Origin: an uncultured Pelagibacteraceae bacterium
GTDB lineage: Bacteria > Pseudomonadota > Alphaproteobacteria > Pelagibacterales > Pelagibacteraceae
Assembly (NCBI GenBank): GCA_902618485.1
Contig: CACNAR010000003.1
Location: forward strand, 32,268 to 96,267
Direction: 5' to 3'
Length of the DNA stretch: 64,000 nt
Shown here: positions 61,708-64,000 of the stretch, one piece after another
Numbering within the stretch: position 1 is the stretch's first letter
Layout: every line of letters starts with the position of its first letter
Position numbers and translations under genes: made by a program
The notes under the pieces: model-generated
Databases searched by the model: none
What the model was told of the DNA's origin: nothing
The model's input: only the letters and a program-made list of their open reading frames with translations

Positions 61708-62553
61708 ATGAAGGCTATAACTTTTAATCTATTGGCCTGGGTAATGCTTCCAATTATGGATGGATTTGCAAAATATCTAAGTGCTGATCTTCCAGTTTTA
61801 CAAATAACTTGGGCAAGATATTTTTTTACCGTTGCATTTACTTTTCCAATTATGTTCCTATTTTTTAGAAAAAATCTTGTGTGGACTGATAAACCAAAAT
61901 TACAAATTACGAGAGGGATAATTCTTTTAACAGCTAATATTTGTTTCTTTTATGCAATTTCGATAATTTCTTTAGCTAAAGCACTAACTTTGGCTTTTGT
62001 TGCTCCTTTAATTGTAACTGCCTTTTCTCCAATTTTTTTAGGTGAAAGAGTTGGATTTAGGAGATGGTCTGCAGTTATTATAGGATTTATAGGTTCATTA
62101 GTAGTTATAAGGCCTGGTTTTGTTGAAATAAATTTAGCAAGTATTGCTGCGCTTGGGACAGGTGTAATGTATGGATTTTATTTAATTATTACTCGTAAAT
62201 TGAGCACTTCAGACAACCCTTTATTAACTTTATTATTAACTGGTTTAGTAGGGGCCATAATCATATCTTTTGTGATGCCATTTGTTTGGGTTAAACCTAA
62301 TTTTAATCAGTGGTCTATCATGGCTGCAATAGGTATTTTTGCATGTTTAGGCCATTTTTTTCTAATATTGTCTCTTAAATACGCTGATGCCTCTAAATTA
62401 GCTCCATTTAGTTACTTTGAAATTATTACAAACATAATTATAGGTTATTATTTCTTTAGTGATTTCCCCGATAATTGGACTTTCTTAGGTTTATTTATTA
62501 TTGTATTAAGTGGTATCTATATTTCAAGAAGGGAGAACTTAGTAAAAAAGTAA
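61708..62553 (+). CDS. EamA/DMT-family transporter
   Basis: 281 aa, 10 TM segments in two EamA-like repeats (GERVGFRRWSAVIIGFIG linker motif). Confidence 0.8.
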   Translation: MKAITFNLLAWVMLPIMDGFAKYLSADLPVLQITWARYFFTVAFTFPIMFLFFRKNLVWTDKPKLQITRGIILLTANICFFYAISIISLAKALTLAFVAPLIVTAFSPIFLGERVGFRRWSAVIIGFIGSLVVIRPGFVEINLASIAALGTGVMYGFYLIITRKLSTSDNPLLTLLLTGLVGAIIISFVMPFVWVKPNFNQWSIMAAIGIFACLGHFFLILSLKYADASKLAPFSYFEIITNIIIGYYFFSDFPDNWTFLGLFIIVLSGIYISRRENLVKK

Positions 62554-63019
62554 GATAATAGGTATCATCTGTTTACTATTATCTAAAGTACTACATTAAG
62601 TGTTTATATTAAACTATTGTTTTTATTATATTTTATTAATAATATAAATAATATAACTTTTTTATACTTTGGATTATTTAATGTTAAAATTTGATTTATT
62701 TACTGAGCAAGAGTGGTGATTTATAGCAAATTATGAAAAATATCAAATAGTCCTTTAAAATAGGGGGTTTTTTCCGATTGTGGTAATTAAAATTTCCTAA
62801 AAATAGGGCAGTCTAAAAGCATTGATATAGTTAAATAGTAGAGCGATGCACTAATTGAATATACCATTTAAACGCCCGTAGAGGGGTCTATTTTAAGTAT
62901 AGGCTAATATATGGTACAACTAAAGGGTGAATTATGTTATTTAGAAAGAAATCACGTAAAAAGGTAAAAAAAGGTTGATTTTACTTACTTTTTTAACTTA
63001 AAAAAGGTTTAAAATAACG

Positions 63020-63298
63020 CTAAATAGATACTTTTTCAGATCTAAGTAATTTGAGCTTTTGCCTGATTCCACCTTTCCCAGAATAACCTCCAAGACCTCC
63101 ATCAGACCTAATCACTCTATGACAGGGTATTTTTGGAGCATATGGGTTTTTAGCACAAGCATTTGCGACTGCACGGGCTGCTTTAGGGTTTTTAATGGCA
63201 ATTGCTACTTGTTTATATGTTTTTACGCTTCCTTTAGGGATAGTTATTAGATATTTCCAAACTTTTAATTGAAATTTTGTTCCAAGAAGGGATTTCAT
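63020..63298 (-). CDS. ogt: methylated-DNA--protein-cysteine methyltransferase, catalytic domain only
   Basis: FQLKVWKYLITIPKGSVKTYKQVA...IPCHRVIRSDGGLGGY (PCHRV active site). ATG 63298 is preferred; the ORF-track TTG 63337 lies inside a terminator hairpin. Confidence 0.88.
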   Translation of the reverse strand: MKSLLGTKFQLKVWKYLITIPKGSVKTYKQVAIAIKNPKAARAVANACAKNPYAPKIPCHRVIRSDGGLGGYSGKGGIRQKLKLLRSEKVSI

Positions 63299-63301
63299 AA
63301 T

Positions 63302-63346
63302 AAAAAACCCTGATTCTTTACACTTTTTACGGTGCAAAGATCAGAA
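63302..63346 (-). terminator. intrinsic terminator on the minus strand, immediately upstream of the ogt-like ATG
   Basis: Minus-strand RNA UUCUGAU-CUUU-GCAC[CGUAAAAA]GUGU-AAAG-(A)-AUCAGGG followed by UUUUUU. Three G.U pairs become A.C mismatches on the plus strand, so the hairpin is strand-specific. Confidence 0.6.
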
Positions 63347-63507
63347 TTTTATGGCTCGTCGTTTTATGCGCTACCGCCGAACCGACCACCCTGTATGTTT
63401 AGCGCTGCTTTACAGGGTTTTCTGCCCTCCAGACTTAAACCTCTCGGCCTTTCTCTGGCTGGCCAGTTAAGAGTTGCCTCTTAAGTTGAGTTAACCATAC
63501 CAGACTG
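63347..63507 (-). ncRNA. unclassified GC-rich structured RNA candidate (riboswitch-like leader or stand-alone small RNA)
   Basis: About 56% G+C (hand count over 63352-63466) against an AT-rich background. Minus-strand hairpins capped by GCAA and GAGA tetraloops, an 8-bp hairpin whose loop can pair with downstream UAGCGC (pseudoknot), and a terminator directly 3'. No match by eye to tRNA, tmRNA, SRP, RNase P or common riboswitches. Confidence 0.5.
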
Positions 63508-63514
63508 AAATTTG

Positions 63515-63525
63515 AATTGTTATCA
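63515..63525. repeat. 11-bp direct repeat copy 1 (AATTGTTATCA)
   Basis: Identical 11-mer recurs at 63815-63825; the two copies bracket the small membrane ORF. Confidence 0.4.
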
Positions 63526-63581
63526 CTAATTAGTTGTTTTTTATAATTAAATGATTTTTCTGTGAATTTCGGGGATAACTT

Positions 63582-63791
63582 TTATTTTGTAAGCAATATT
63601 AGGTAACTGACAAAGAATATAATCGCCATACTTGATAGAAATATTGTATTTATACTTTTACCAGTATTTTTATATTGAATAACACTTAAGATAATAAATC
63701 CAATTGAACTTATTAAAAACCATACCGCAGGAATTTCTCCATCAATTGAACCCATATATTTATAATTTAAACTATTGACATTAAAAATCAC
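63582..63791 (-). CDS. small hypothetical membrane protein (two predicted TM helices)
   Basis: 69 codons, GTG start, two hydrophobic stretches (PAVWFLISSIGFIILSVI and TIFLSSMAIIFFVSYLILL). No family recognised, and such an ORF could arise by chance in AT-rich DNA. Confidence 0.4.
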   Translation of the reverse strand: MIFNVNSLNYKYMGSIDGEIPAVWFLISSIGFIILSVIQYKNTGKSINTIFLSSMAIIFFVSYLILLTK

Positions 63792-63806
63792 TTGATATAT
63801 TACTAA

Positions 63807-63825
63807 TGATAATTAATTGTTATCA
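63807..63825. promoter_or_regulatory. near-palindrome TGATAAttaattgTTATCA upstream of the recombinase gene (also contains repeat copy 2)
   Basis: 6-bp perfect inverted arms separated by 7 nt, ending 11 nt before ATG 63837. Candidate operator or recombinase-binding site. Confidence 0.25.
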
Positions 63826-63836
63826 ATAGTAATGAT

Positions 63837-64000
63837 ATGAGTGAACTAACAACAGACCTAAAATCACTTCATGAAGCAACTCTAAATAACCTCAAGAGTT
63901 CTAAAGCAAATAATACATTAAGAGCTTATAAATCAGACTTTAGAGATTTTGGAGCTTTTTGTGCAAAGCATGGCCTGAATTCACTACCATCTGAACCTAA
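63837..64000 (+). CDS. tyrosine recombinase / phage-type integrase, N-terminal 54 codons only (runs off window)
   Basis: Not in the ORF track because it is open-ended. ATG 63837 gives MSELTTDLKSLHEATLNNLKSSKANNTLRAYKSDFRDFGAFCAKHGLNSLPSEP. The NT.RAY.SD...F..(F/W)C...G motif is the SAM-like N-terminal domain signature of tyrosine recombinases. Confidence 0.6.
   Translation, partial: MSELTTDLKSLHEATLNNLKSSKANNTLRAYKSDFRDFGAFCAKHGLNSLPSEP

Noticed and set aside
63351-63470. A 39-codon plus-strand ORF (MARRFMRYRRTDHPVCLALLYRVFCPPDLNLSAFLWLAS) lying inside the GC-rich patch.
   Set aside because: It has no ribosome-binding site. It uses CGT/CGC/CGA/GCG/CTG/GCC codons that are essentially absent from the real genes in this window. 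The region shows strand-specific RNA secondary structure on the opposite strand, so a structured RNA explains the GC spike better. A foreign micro-ORF cannot be fully excluded.
63347-63507. Assignment of the GC-rich RNA to tmRNA (two-piece alphaproteobacterial type), SRP/4.5S RNA, RNase P RNA, 6S RNA or a tRNA fragment.
   Set aside because: There is no T-arm GGUUCGA..CC and no terminal ACCA in a suitable context. No ANDN...AA-type tag ORF is nearby. The SRP GGAA-tetraloop and GGAAGCAGC core are absent (only a loose AAAGCAGCG), as is GAGGAAAGUCC. There is no long end-to-end helix as in 6S RNA, and no cloverleaf. This was done by eye only, so a covariance-model scan is still required.
63801-63815. 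ACT AAT GAT AAT TAA (T-N-D-N-stop), reminiscent of the ANDN start of alphaproteobacterial tmRNA tags.
   Set aside because: It is only four codons long and lacks the hydrophobic ...AA C-terminus. It is not adjacent to any tRNA-like domain or pseudoknot on the plus strand, so it is most likely coincidence in AT-rich sequence.
63340-63836. Integron hypothesis: recombinase divergent from minus-strand promoterless cassettes (small ORF, ogt), with the GC-rich element as an attC site.
   Set aside because: The element does not fold as a single long imperfect hairpin with paired R''/R' and L''/L' boxes. One RYYYAAC-like site (ACTCAAC) is present, but no matching GTTRRRY partner lies downstream. The recombinase N-terminus looks like a generic phage or Xer-type SAM-like domain, and only 44 nt would be available for attI plus Pc.

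Overview
This is a very AT-rich (about 30% G+C), extremely gene-dense window with the hallmarks of a streamlined marine alphaproteobacterium, most likely a SAR11/Pelagibacterales genome. The hallmarks are intergenic gaps of 0-90 nt, many ATGA/TAATG stop-start overlaps, and Lys/Asn/Ile-rich proteins. Bases 1-62553 are almost entirely housekeeping genes. They include the tail of the ribosomal-protein cluster (adk, rpsM, rpsK, rpoA, rplQ), lipB, mgtE, panC, galU-ugd, topA, plsY, pyrB plus a degenerate pyrC-like gene, and gatCAB. A methyltransferase-trhO pair follows, then a soxBDAG sarcosine oxidase operon with an ATPase-less ABC binding-protein/permease pair, and one tRNA-Ser(GCU). After that come slt, dapA, smpB, folK, a short spoT/rsh, and the run pyrE-pdxJ-acpS-lepB-rnc-recO. 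The rest of the core block holds hemB, rpiB-glyA-nrdR-ribD-ribE-ribB-ribH-nusB-thiL, hppA, rpmF-plsX-ihfA, rpmG, ctaA, metY, rplM-rpsI, argC, hom and two transporters. I saw no rRNA, CRISPR array, transposase or recognisable defence system. The only accessory-looking part is the last 1.4 kb (62554-64000). It contains an unusually long 466-nt non-coding gap and a single-domain Ogt-like alkyltransferase. It also contains a roughly 115-150 nt patch of about 56% G+C that folds as a minus-strand structured RNA I could not assign to any known family, followed by an intrinsic terminator. A small two-TM ORF and the 5' end of a tyrosine recombinase running off the window complete it. This looks like the edge of an integrated element or flexible island, with the cargo outside the window. 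Other points worth a second look are a TrmR-like O-methyltransferase translationally coupled to trhO, a catalytically degenerate PyrC', CxC instead of CxxC zinc-ribbon motifs in NrdR, a RibB with a degenerate GTP cyclohydrolase II-like tail, and a truncated RSH architecture. All calls come from reading the sequence and ORF translations by eye; no searches were run.
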